A DNA stretch of 62,110 nucleotides, filler included, from Actinomycetota bacterium (GCA_009886115.1; 4 parts of 4 records of this genome joined end to end with filler, not necessarily neighbours in it); one strand, 5' to 3'. Numbered from the whole stretch's first letter, positions 30,743-39,674 are shown. Translations and numbers: made by a program. Notes: generated by a model from the letters alone, not told the origin.

Positions 30743-31642
30743 ATGCCGACGTACGGGGAGTTGATGTTGCCAGTTCTTCGGGCGGTCGTCGCGCTTGGTG
30801 GTTCGGGGAGTAGTCGGGAGATCACGGATCAAGTGGTACGAGACCAGAGCTTCTCGGAGGAGATGCTCACGGTCTGCTATCCGACCGGCAAGGAGAAGTC
30901 GGTGTTGCTCGACCGCCTCGACTGGGCTCGCTCCTACTGCAAGCTCGGTGACATTCTGGAGAGCCCGAAACGTGGCCTGTTTTTGGTCACCGATACAGGC
31001 CGAGAGCTGTCTGAGCTGCCGGACGACCGGGCTGTCGAGGCGCTCAAGGAGATCGATCGGGAGGTTCGGCATCAGCGTGGGCGAACAGCCCCAGGCGGCT
31101 CAGAGACGATTCCTGAGATCGTCGGCGGAGATCAGCCCGCCCTCGCGGCGGTCGATGAGGAAGATGACGATGGTGCGTGGCGACGCCAGCTCCTTGAACG
31201 GCTCCATCAGCTCTCGCCTGCCGCGTTCGAGCGGTTCACCCTATATCTGCTCCGGGCGTACGGGATGGAGCTGCGCCGGCAAGGCGGCCCAGGCGACGAG
31301 GGCATCGACGGAATAGGTACGGCACCGCTCACTGATGTGCTGACGACCACGGTCGCAGTGCAAGCGAAACGCTACGAGCCGGGGGGGACCATCGGACGAG
31401 AGATCGTTGCTCTCTTCCAGAGCGACGCGACGGCGGCCGGCGCCGAACATGGTGTCCTCGTGACCACGGCGCGCTTCTCCGAGCCCGCCAGGAAGGCAGC
31501 TCTGGGAAGGACGCCAACGATTGATCTGATCGACGGTGACCGATTGGCTGACCTGTGTCTGCGCCAAGAGGTCGGTGTCGTCACCCGACCGGTGGTGCGG
31601 CACGAGTGGTTCAACCGGTTCGAGGACGAACGCGATCGATAG
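30743..31642 (+). CDS. mrr: Mrr-family type IV restriction endonuclease
   Basis: Mrr_N (MPTY.ELM.PVL...R..WARSY...LES.KRG) and Mrr_cat (FE.....LL...G, GDEGIDG, VQAKRY, G.LVTT..F, LIDG..L). Confidence 0.93.
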   Translation: MPTYGELMLPVLRAVVALGGSGSSREITDQVVRDQSFSEEMLTVCYPTGKEKSVLLDRLDWARSYCKLGDILESPKRGLFLVTDTGRELSELPDDRAVEALKEIDREVRHQRGRTAPGGSETIPEIVGGDQPALAAVDEEDDDGAWRRQLLERLHQLSPAAFERFTLYLLRAYGMELRRQGGPGDEGIDGIGTAPLTDVLTTTVAVQAKRYEPGGTIGREIVALFQSDATAAGAEHGVLVTTARFSEPARKAALGRTPTIDLIDGDRLADLCLRQEVGVVTRPVVRHEWFNRFEDERDR

Positions 31643-31870
31643 GGGACTGGCCAGTTGCTCCGGTCGGGCTCGCTTCCGACAGGCGTGACACCCTCAGACA
31701 GACCGCCTCCCGGTCGAGACGACAGCGCCGACACTCCGATGCCCGGCCATCCACCGCTGCGCTCCGCCGGTGAAACTCCTCAAGCGGAAGCACTGGACAT
31801 CGAGAGAGGCCCTCATCTGGCCGACCCCTGGTGCCCGCAGCACCAGGGAATTCCGTGACCGTTGACATGC

Positions 31871-32029
31871 GATCTCCCACCGATCGAGATCGTGCACGTC
31901 CACCCGGCTGCGGTGCTCGATGCCGTGGCCGACGCGCTGCGTCCGCTCGGAGTGACGATCGCCGAGACGCACCTCTCGCCGAGCCGGGTCCGCGAGTTGG
32001 TGGAGGCTGCTGCGTGCCCGCCTCGGTGA
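31871..32029 (+). pseudogene. Possible C-terminal relic of a xanthine/CO dehydrogenase molybdopterin subunit
   Basis: Own translation DLPPIEIVH-VHPAAVLDAVADALRPLGVTIAETHLSPSRVRELV resembles CoxL/XdhA C-termini; no start codon. Confidence 0.55.
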
Positions 32030-33472
32030 TCAGCGGGTCGCTCGTGAGTCTGCGCCGTCCTGACGGAGACGGGCGGCGACGAGCAGCCAGCAGCCGCTGC
32101 CGGCGACGAGGAGACCCAAGAGCATGGCGACGGTCAAGTTGCGACCGGTGAACGCCAACCCGCCGCCCGCAGCGTTGCTCTCGTCGACGCTGAGGGCGAC
32201 GGTCACCGGTGTGGAGCCGGCGACGGTGACCGTGCGTGCTTTTGAGAGTTCGCCGGTGGCCGGGTCCTCGCCGACGCACTGGTAGCTGCCGTGCGGGAGG
32301 TTCTCGGCGGCGAACCCGCCGTCTGCGCCTGAGTAGACCGTCAACGACGTGTCATCGCCGGTGCCTCGGGTCCCGTCGATGCCACCCCACGTGCAGGTGA
32401 CGACGGCACCGGCGACAACCGCGGCGGTGTCCTGGTCGCGCACGACACCCACGATGGTGCCGTCGCCTCGAGCGGCGAAGTCGGCGACGGCCGTCCCGCC
32501 GGTGACGACCACGACGACATGCCAGTCGACGACCGTGTCGCTGTCCCACGTGAGTACCACGTCGGTGCTCGGCGTGTACGCCACAACCTCGTAGGTCCCG
32601 CTCGTCACGTTCGTGAACAAGAACGACCCGTCGGCGCCCGTCGTGGTCGACGCGATGCCGAGCACGACGGTGACGCCAGCGAGCGGCAACTCTTCGGCGT
32701 CGCGCACCGAGTCACCATCGCTGTCGATCCAGACGTGGCCCTCGACCCGGCCCGGCGCCTCCCCGGCTCCGCCGCCTGAGCCGCTCGATCCGGCCGTCGT
32801 CGAGGTGGTCCCGGTCGATGAGCCGGAGCCTGTTCCTCCGGTCGCGCCGGAACCGGCCGTTGTGGATGTCGTGGACATCGCGGTGGTCGTAGTTGTCGAG
32901 GTCGAGAAGCTCGGCGAGGATCCCGTCGGGTTCGAGAACGACCCGATCGCGGCGAGGAGCGTAGCGTCTTCCTCGGCTCCCTGGTCATCGAGGTCGGCCA
33001 GGATCGATGAGGTCGACTCGCCGGCGGCCACCTCGGTGTTGAAGAACTGCTGGGCGGACATCGCCCCGCAGGTCCCGGCGTAGGAGGTCCCACCCACGCT
33101 CGTGCCGTTGAAGATGGCCTGGCCGACGGTGGTCCAGTTCTGGCCCGAGCCGTGGCCGTCCGATGCCGCGTCGGGGATGACATCACCCCAGTTCTTGGCG
33201 TTGGGTGGGTAGGCGAACGACGGGTCGAACGGCGATCCCGCGTGATGGCTGTGATCGTTGCCGCCCGACCCGTTCACCGCCGACACGCTGACCGTGATCC
33301 GTCGGTACGGGTTCGTCGTCGAGTGTGTCCTGTGACAGATCGTGATACGGCTGGGTGCCGCCTCGGCGGGTGAAGGGCTCTGTACGAGGATGGCGCTTGC
33401 TGCAACGAGCATGAGGCCGGTCAGACAGCGGAACATGCGGGCGCGGCGGGCGCGGGGCGAAATGGGGTTCAT
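32030..33472 (-). CDS. Secreted, probably sortase-anchored surface protein with SdrD-B-like domain
   Basis: Signal peptide (..PAEA), CHRTHSTTNPY domain, S/T/G linker, GHVWIDSDGD..RD.EE.PLAGVTV, LAFTG + TM + basic tail. Confidence 0.82.
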   Translation of the reverse strand: MNPISPRARRARMFRCLTGLMLVAASAILVQSPSPAEAAPSRITICHRTHSTTNPYRRITVSVSAVNGSGGNDHSHHAGSPFDPSFAYPPNAKNWGDVIPDAASDGHGSGQNWTTVGQAIFNGTSVGGTSYAGTCGAMSAQQFFNTEVAAGESTSSILADLDDQGAEEDATLLAAIGSFSNPTGSSPSFSTSTTTTTAMSTTSTTAGSGATGGTGSGSSTGTTSTTAGSSGSGGGAGEAPGRVEGHVWIDSDGDSVRDAEELPLAGVTVVLGIASTTTGADGSFLFTNVTSGTYEVVAYTPSTDVVLTWDSDTVVDWHVVVVVTGGTAVADFAARGDGTIVGVVRDQDTAAVVAGAVVTCTWGGIDGTRGTGDDTSLTVYSGADGGFAAENLPHGSYQCVGEDPATGELSKARTVTVAGSTPVTVALSVDESNAAGGGLAFTGRNLTVAMLLGLLVAGSGCWLLVAARLRQDGADSRATR

Positions 33473-33539
33473 GGGAGGGCGTGTCGGCACCGCCGGCGAT
33501 CTCGATAGGTCTCGGGCGAGTTCTTCGAGACCACCGGGC

Positions 33540-33788
33540 CGATGACCGTTCGATGAGGTCGGGTCATCGTCGAACAGATCGGACAGTTTCAGCCCGAGCG
33601 CCGTAACGACGGCATCCGCCGAGCACCCGGCGCGACAGAACACGAGCGCCCTCCGTCGAGCCCCTCGGTCACGTCGAGTGATGGGTTCTGGTCGTCGTGC
33701 CCCGGGCACGCCTCCGCGAGCCCTCCTGGCGACCGCCACACCCGGCGGCGTCGAGGGCCTGCTTGAGCCGCTCCGTCGCGCCGCTCAC
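33540..33788 (-). pseudogene. Frameshifted primase zinc-binding domain relic
   Basis: CPGHDDQNPSLDV in one frame, LVFCRAGCSADAVVTALGL..SDLF in another; no TOPRIM or helicase follows. Confidence 0.75.
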
Positions 33789-33957
33789 GCCAACGCTCCG
33801 GGCTCGGGGTCGGCACCGGTCGCGCGTAGCCATATGCGACACGCCACCCACGGGCAACGCCACTGGTCGAGCGCCTGGAGCCGGCGCTCGCAGCGGCCAC
33901 AACCTGCGACCCCCCCAACCACAACGGCGCGCCCACCCGTGTGAGCGCCATACGCCG

Positions 33958-34179
33958 TCATCGCCCCGACTTGAGGCCAGGTACCCCGACCGGTTCGACG
34001 ACGGCCGCGTCAAGTAGCGCTTCGAGGTCGGCCACGTCGAACCGGATCGACCGGCCGACCTTGTAGAACCGGACGCGCCGCTCGGCGACGAGACGCCGCA
34101 GGTGTCGTTCGGACCGAGCGATGAGGGCTGCTGCTTCACCGATCGAGACGAGGTCTCGTCGGGCTGGAGTTCCGGCCAT
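33958..34179 (-). CDS. Excisionase-family HTH_17 protein
   Basis: SI.EAAALI..SER.LRRLVAERRV.FYKVGRSIRFD..DL; AGGAGG RBS. Confidence 0.9.
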   Translation of the reverse strand: MAGTPARRDLVSIGEAAALIARSERHLRRLVAERRVRFYKVGRSIRFDVADLEALLDAAVVEPVGVPGLKSGR

Positions 34180-34260
34180 GGGTGGCCTCCTTCGATGTCA
34201 GGTGGAGCCAACCGTGGACTCCGAAGCACTTGCGGACAACCCTGGTACGATGACTATCCG

Positions 34261-35148
34261 ATGACGCAGCCGGCAGACTTGAAGCTCGCGACGGAACTGG
34301 CCGGGATGCACGCGCCGTCGGGTCAGTTGACACGCCGGGTCGGCGCCACCCTCTGGCCCCGGCCGGCCCGCGTGTGGATCGACGGAGATCGGTTGTGCTC
34401 GGACCCGGGTCCTGGCGGTGTCGTCACCGTCGACGACACCGATCGGCTGCTCGAGCGTTTCCTCCGGCTGGCCGACTCGGACGAGCAGGAAATCGTGACG
34501 TTCGCGGCCCAGCTCGGCGTGCTCGGGATCTGTGCGCACGGCCTCCCGAGCACCCATGCAGCCCTGGCGGTGACCTTCCCCGATCGTGAGGGATGCAACC
34601 CGATCGGATGGCCGAGCCCCTACGAGCCGGTCCTGTACTGGCGGAGCCTCGCCCGGCAAGCCAAGGCGATCCTCCGGTGGGCGGGGCTGCTTCACCGGGG
34701 CCTCCCCGTCGACGACGAGATTCGGCTCACGGCCGCGCGTCTCGTGAACGAGACGATTCCGGACTTCGGAGGGCAGATCCTGATCCGTATGGAGGATGCC
34801 GACTTGCTCGTCGTCCACCTCGAAGATGCCGAGCCCACGTCAGAACAAGATCGGGTGCAGCTCGGGTGGCTCGTCGACCAGTGGCTCAGGATCGGCGACG
34901 TGCGACTCGCGTTCTCGTTTGCCGGCTCGAAGGGCACACTCCGCTTCGAGCCGGGTGGGCTCTTCGGCTCCGTGGCCACACACGTCGCGCTGGCCGTCGC
35001 CCGATCCGCAGGGATCGCGTTCTGCGCGAGTTGCACCCAAGCGTTCCCGCCCAGGCGGTCGACGCAGAAGTACTGCTCCCGCTGTGGCGACAGGGCCCGG
35101 ATGCGCGACGCCCAGCGAGCACGCAGGGCCCGCCGGCGTAGCGGTTGA
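34261..35148 (+). CDS. CGNR-zinc-finger-like putative regulator
   Basis: C-terminal CASC..F......KYCSRCGDRARMR..R; divergent from xis. Confidence 0.7.
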   Translation: MTQPADLKLATELAGMHAPSGQLTRRVGATLWPRPARVWIDGDRLCSDPGPGGVVTVDDTDRLLERFLRLADSDEQEIVTFAAQLGVLGICAHGLPSTHAALAVTFPDREGCNPIGWPSPYEPVLYWRSLARQAKAILRWAGLLHRGLPVDDEIRLTAARLVNETIPDFGGQILIRMEDADLLVVHLEDAEPTSEQDRVQLGWLVDQWLRIGDVRLAFSFAGSKGTLRFEPGGLFGSVATHVALAVARSAGIAFCASCTQAFPPRRSTQKYCSRCGDRARMRDAQRARRARRRSG

Positions 35149-35326
35149 GGCGAGCCAGTGAAGAGCCCGCAAGCGACCTACGTGCTTGGGTCATGCAAGT
35201 GTCGTGCCACAAGCGTGCCACTACGAAGTGGCACGAGGGGTAAATCATGGTCGCTCATGGTCAGACGGAAATGGTGTCTGACCAGGAGATTGACCGTATC
35301 TCCGCAGGTGGCGGAACCGGCCCTCG

Positions 35327-35377
35327 CATCCCTGATAAGGAGGATGAGGTCGCAAGTTCGATTCTTGCTAGCCCCAC
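35327..35377 (+). repeat. tRNA-Ile(GAU) anticodon arm + 3' half (att core) with a 3-nt GGA insertion
   Basis: CATCC-CTGATAA-[GGA]-GGATG, then identical to the 30570 copy. Confidence 0.88.
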
Positions 35378-35391
35378 AAACACGGACAACC

Positions 35392-35491
35392 NNNNNNNNN
35401 NNNNNNNNNNNNNNNNNNNNNNNNNNNNNNNNNNNTTAATTAATTAANNNNNNNNNNNNNNNNNNNNNNNNNNNNNNNNNNNNNNNNNNNN
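35392..35491. other. Artificial contig linker
   Basis: N-run + TTAATTAATTAA + N-run. Confidence 0.98.
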
Positions 35492-35591
35492 AGCGGGCCC
35501 ACGCCTCGCGTCCGTCACGCTCGCGCTCCTCGCGCTCGGCGGCGGGATGCTCGGAACGGGCTTCGCGCTCGTGGCGCACGCCGTCTTCCCT

Positions 35592-35638
35592 TCGGACTTC
35601 TCATCCGAAGGTCGCAGGTTCGAATCCTGCCGGGGGCG
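35592..35638 (+). repeat. tRNA-Arg(UCU) 3'-half fragment (att-like scar)
   Basis: TCGGA-CTTCTCA-TCCGA anticodon arm, AGGTC, GCAGG-TTCGAAT-CCTGC, CGGGGGC-G; 5' half absent. Confidence 0.85.
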
Positions 35639-36026
35639 CGTGGTGTTCTTCCGGGCGCGTCGGCGAGCCTCGTGGTTGCGCCAGGTGATGAGCGAGAGCT
35701 CGCGTTCGGCGCGGCGTTCCTCTCGCTCGAAGCGCTCGCGTTGCTGCATGGACTCGACGGCGGCGACGAGTGATCGTTGTGCCGACTCGGCATCGCGCTC
35801 GGCCTGCGCAGCGACGACGGCGAGCCGCTCCAGCCAACGCGTGCGGGCGTACGTCGAATCTTCGTGCAGCGCCGCGTCGGCGAGCTTCTTGACCGCGGCA
35901 TCCACGTACGACCGTCGTCAGACGGTTGCGCTGGCGCAATCGGCAAGTCTGTGCGGCTCATTTCAAAGGATTCGGAGGGCACGGCGTTGAGGTGCGTCGC
36001 GGCGTTCGGGTGCGGGTCGGACGTGA

Positions 36027-36237
36027 TCATGCATGCTCGCGATCGGCGCGCAGGGGATCGGCGGGGATCGGGCCGAGAAGCTGCTCGAGCTGGTGGCGCG
36101 CGATGACGACCCGTCGGCCCAGCGTGAGCGACGGGATCTCGCCCCGCCGCACGCACTCGTAGGCGCTCGTAGGCGCTCGTGCGGCAGATCCCGAGGAGCC
36201 GGGCGGCCTCGGGAACGGTGAAGGTGAGCCTGGACAC
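36027..36237 (-). pseudogene. Excisionase-family HTH gene frameshifted by a 10-bp duplication
   Basis: SRLTFTVPEAARLLGICRTSAYE continues as CVRRGEIPSLTLGRRVVI in another frame; CTCGTAGGCG x2 at 36156-36175; GGAGG RBS. Confidence 0.85.
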
Positions 36238-36352
36238 GGTGACCTCCGTGGTTTGTCGGACACCTGCGGAAAAGCGCGCCCGGAGGACGAGACGCGACAG
36301 CGCACGCGGTGCGTGACCCTCGACGGACGCGACGCGACGTCACGGGCGTCGC

Positions 36353-36407
36353 GTTGAGGTCGCCCATGCGCTCGTTGAGGGTCGAGTTGAGGGTCACGTT
36401 GAGGTCG
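36353..36407 (+). repeat. Four GTTGAGG(G)TC direct repeats, the last three at 12-bp period
   Basis: Copies at 36353, 36374, 36386, 36398. Confidence 0.75.
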
Positions 36408-36492
36408 GGTCGTGGTGATCGAGGTGTTCACCGGGTGGGCGGTCCGCGCTCGTCGCGGGTGGTCTGTGGCAGCTGGGCGGCCACGGTTCAAG

Positions 36493-36897
36493 ATGATGAA
36501 GACTCGCGTCATGCGATTCACGTTCACGATCGACAGCACGGATCCCGGTCGCCTGGCGACCTTCTGGGCCGCGGCACTCGGCTACACCGCGGTCGGCGAG
36601 TTCGGCGTCTTCTGGCCGCTGTTCCCGGCGGACGCGAGCGAGCCGGCGTTCAACATCCAGCGTGTCGGCGATGCGAAGGTCGGCAAGAACCGGATGCACC
36701 TCGACGTCCACGTCGATGACCTGGAGGCAGAGGTGGCGCGCCTGGTATCGCTCGGCGCCTCGACCATGAGTGCGGCGGTGATCTGCGAGCACGAGCACCG
36801 GTGGTTCGTGATGGCCGATCCGGATGGCAACGAGTTCTGCGTCGTGCAGCGCCCGTCTGAGGTCGACGAGCTGGGTCGGCCGGTCGACGCCGCGTAG
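36493..36897 (+). CDS. VOC/glyoxalase family protein
   Basis: ID..DP..LA.FWAAALG, KNRMHLD, EVARLV.LGA, VMADPDGNEFCV. Confidence 0.92.
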   Translation: MMKTRVMRFTFTIDSTDPGRLATFWAAALGYTAVGEFGVFWPLFPADASEPAFNIQRVGDAKVGKNRMHLDVHVDDLEAEVARLVSLGASTMSAAVICEHEHRWFVMADPDGNEFCVVQRPSEVDELGRPVDAA

Positions 36898-37010
36898 GGC
36901 CCGAACCGAGCCAGCCGTGTGCCGCGCGGCAGGGGCCACCGCTCCCGGAACCCGGCGCCCGCCACTGATCGACCCGAGCACGTTTCCCCTGGTTGTGGGA
37001 GGCTTCTCGG

Positions 37011-39674
37011 GTGGAGATCCTGCCGACCGGCACCGTCACCTTCCTCTTTTCCGACATCGAGGGATCGACGCGTCGGTGGCAGGAGGACCCCGGGGCGATG
37101 CAGGCGGCGTTGTCCGAGCACGACGCGATCTGGCGGGACGTGATCGACGCGCGACATGGGTATCTGTTCAAGCACACCGGGGATGGCGTGGTGGCGGTGT
37201 TCCCTTCAGCGTCGGACGCGGTGAAGGCGTCGGTTGATGCGCAGACGCGCTTGGTCGACGTGTTGCCGGTGCGGATGGGCCTGCACACTGGCGAGGCCGA
37301 GTTGCGCGACGGGGACTACTTCGGGTCGACGTTGAACCGGTGCGCTCGCCTGATGGGTGTGGCCCATGGTGGGCAGGTCGTGTGCAGCGCAGCGACCGCC
37401 GAGTTGGTGCGCGATCGAGGCGATCTGCGCGATCTCGGTGAGCATCGGCTGCGCGATCTCAGCCGGGCGGAACGGGTGTGGCAGGTCGGCGGTGGTGATT
37501 TCGCGGCGTTGCGGTCGCTGAACAACCTGCCGACGAATCTGCGGCCGCAGCTGTCGAGCTTCGTGGGCCGTGAGGAAGCGGCGGTGGCACTGACCGAGGC
37601 GGTCGGTGCGGCGCGGCTGGTGACGTTGACCGGACCGGGTGGTGTGGGCAAGACGCGGCTTGCACTCCAGGTCGCCGCGGAGGTGCTGGCGCGTTTCGAG
37701 AACGGTGCCTGGCTGATCGAGCTGGCCCCGATCACCGATGGCGCGGCGTTGGCGGAGGCGGTGGCGGCGGCGTTGGGTGCGGTGCCGCAGCCCGGTCTGT
37801 CGTTCGCCGCGAGCGTGGTCGAGTTCGTCCGTTACAAGCAGATGTTGTTGGTCTTCGACAACTGCGAGCACGTGGTCGATGACGTGGCGGGGTTGATCGA
37901 GCAGATCCTGGCCGACGCGCCGCGCGTCCACGTGCTGGCCACGTCGCGTGAGGCGTTGGCGCTCGAGGGTGAGTCGATCCGGCCGGTTCGGCCGATGACG
38001 GTCGATGACGAGGCGTCCGAGGCGGTTCGTCTGTTCGTCGAGCGGGCCCGCGGCGCGCGTCCGGAGTTCGCGATCGACGACGCGAACCGGTCGAGTGTGC
38101 TGGACATCTGTCGGCGTCTCGACGGCGTGCCGCTGGCGATCGAGTTGGCGGCCGCCCGGTTGGGCGCGATGGGCCCGGCCGACATCGCGCAGCGACTCGA
38201 CGAGCGGTTCCGTCTGTTGGCGGCCGGCCGGCGGGCACGGGTGGAGCGGCACCAGACGCTGCGCGCCACCGTGGACTGGTCGTATCAGCTGCTCGACCCG
38301 GCGGAGCAGACCGTCTTCAACCGGCTCGCGGCGTTCAGCGGCGGTTGGACCGCCGACGCCGCGCAGGCGGTGATCTTCGACGACACGATCGACGAGTGGC
38401 AGGTGCTGGACTTGCTGACGCATCTGGTCGACAAGTCGATGGTCAATGCGACGCCGGACGACCAGGGCGGTGTGCGGTACTCGATGCTCGAGACGCTGCG
38501 GCAGTACGCGCAGGAACGGCTCGACGAGCGCGGCGAGGTCGACGAGTTGCGGGCCCGCCACGCCCGTCACGTCGCGGCGTGGCTGGCGCGGATCGAGCCG
38601 CTGCTGAAGAGCCGCGACGAGCCCGTGTGGCTGCCGCGGCTCGCGGCCGAGCGCGACAACATCGTTGCCGCGGTCGACTGGGCCCTCGGTGGAGATGATC
38701 TCGACACGGCGATCGCGATCGTCGCGGCGCTCGACTGGCACGCCTTCATGGTGCCCGGCCTGGGCCTGACAACGCTTCCCTTGGTGGTGACGAACAGCGA
38801 TCGATGTGAGGATCATCCCGCCTATGGCTCGGTGGCTGCCGCGGCTGCCCAGTCGCTCTGCGTCGCGGGACGCATGGCGGAAGCAATTGATCTCGCCGAG
38901 GGTCTGGTGCGGCAGGACCGATCGAACTGGCTGGCGTACTCCGCGTTGGCGTTCAGCTACAACCACACGAACCGAGGCGCCGACGCGCTGGCTGCTGCCG
39001 AACGCGTGGTCGACATCAGCCGAGTGGCTGACGATCCGTGGGTGCTCGCGAGCGCGCTCAGCACCCTCAGCACGGTCCGGGTCACGTATACGGCAGACCC
39101 GAGTGCCCGCGGGGAGGCAGCTGAGGCAGTCGCGCGTGCCGAGCGGATCGGGTGTCCGACGCTGTTGCACCTGGCCTACTTCACGCGTGGGTTCGTCGAG
39201 GAGTACTCCGATGCCGAGCAGGCAGTGCAATGGTGCCGCAAGGCGATTGACGTTCTCGAAGCGTCGTCCGCATCGGCGCTGCTAACCGGCAGCGCATACG
39301 CAACGATCTGTCTCGCGGCGGCCGAGCTCGGCGATCGCGACCTCTTGTTGACGTCGCTGCGCGACGCGGTGACCTTCACCCGCGCCTCGACGGTGTGGTT
39401 CGCGCTTTACCACGCGTGCGAATACGGCGGCCAGGCGCTGGTTCGGTTCGGGCATGTCGAGACCGCGGTCCGCCTGCTCGGCGCGGCCTCTACGCAACGC
39501 CCCCTCGGTGGCGCCGAGATCGAGAAGCGTGCCGAGGCGCTTGCCGAGGCTCGCGCACTCCTCGCGGAAGCGGCCTACGAAGCGGCCTTCCACTTCGCCG
39601 ACGGCATGAACCCCGACGAACTGGCGGCGTACGTGCTGGCCGAGGTCGAACGCCTGGAGCGCGGCGATGCCTGA
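37011..39674 (+). CDS. Class III cyclase-STAND(NB-ARC)-helical repeat protein, copy A
   Basis: FSDIEGST, KHTGDG, RMGLHTG, DYFG..LNRCAR; GPGGVGKT, DNCEH, ATSRE, DGVPLAIELAA. Confidence 0.92.
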   Translation: MEILPTGTVTFLFSDIEGSTRRWQEDPGAMQAALSEHDAIWRDVIDARHGYLFKHTGDGVVAVFPSASDAVKASVDAQTRLVDVLPVRMGLHTGEAELRDGDYFGSTLNRCARLMGVAHGGQVVCSAATAELVRDRGDLRDLGEHRLRDLSRAERVWQVGGGDFAALRSLNNLPTNLRPQLSSFVGREEAAVALTEAVGAARLVTLTGPGGVGKTRLALQVAAEVLARFENGAWLIELAPITDGAALAEAVAAALGAVPQPGLSFAASVVEFVRYKQMLLVFDNCEHVVDDVAGLIEQILADAPRVHVLATSREALALEGESIRPVRPMTVDDEASEAVRLFVERARGARPEFAIDDANRSSVLDICRRLDGVPLAIELAAARLGAMGPADIAQRLDERFRLLAAGRRARVERHQTLRATVDWSYQLLDPAEQTVFNRLAAFSGGWTADAAQAVIFDDTIDEWQVLDLLTHLVDKSMVNATPDDQGGVRYSMLETLRQYAQERLDERGEVDELRARHARHVAAWLARIEPLLKSRDEPVWLPRLAAERDNIVAAVDWALGGDDLDTAIAIVAALDWHAFMVPGLGLTTLPLVVTNSDRCEDHPAYGSVAAAAAQSLCVAGRMAEAIDLAEGLVRQDRSNWLAYSALAFSYNHTNRGADALAAAERVVDISRVADDPWVLASALSTLSTVRVTYTADPSARGEAAEAVARAERIGCPTLLHLAYFTRGFVEEYSDAEQAVQWCRKAIDVLEASSASALLTGSAYATICLAAAELGDRDLLLTSLRDAVTFTRASTVWFALYHACEYGGQALVRFGHVETAVRLLGAASTQRPLGGAEIEKRAEALAEARALLAEAAYEAAFHFADGMNPDELAAYVLAEVERLERGDA

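Larger units (their letters stand above)
28543..35391. mobile_element. Two tandem integrase-less modules bounded by tRNA-Ile att cores; contig has identical ends
   Basis: 28543-28570 is identical to 35364-35391; tRNA-Ile 3' halves at 30570 and 35327; xis, CGNR-type regulator, primase relic, Mrr. Confidence 0.75.

Noticed and set aside
32030..33739. Primase-Zn/adhesin fusion protein of 569 aa
   Set aside because: The Zn motif is split by frameshifts and a signal peptide follows ATG 33472/33436; chance in-frame join
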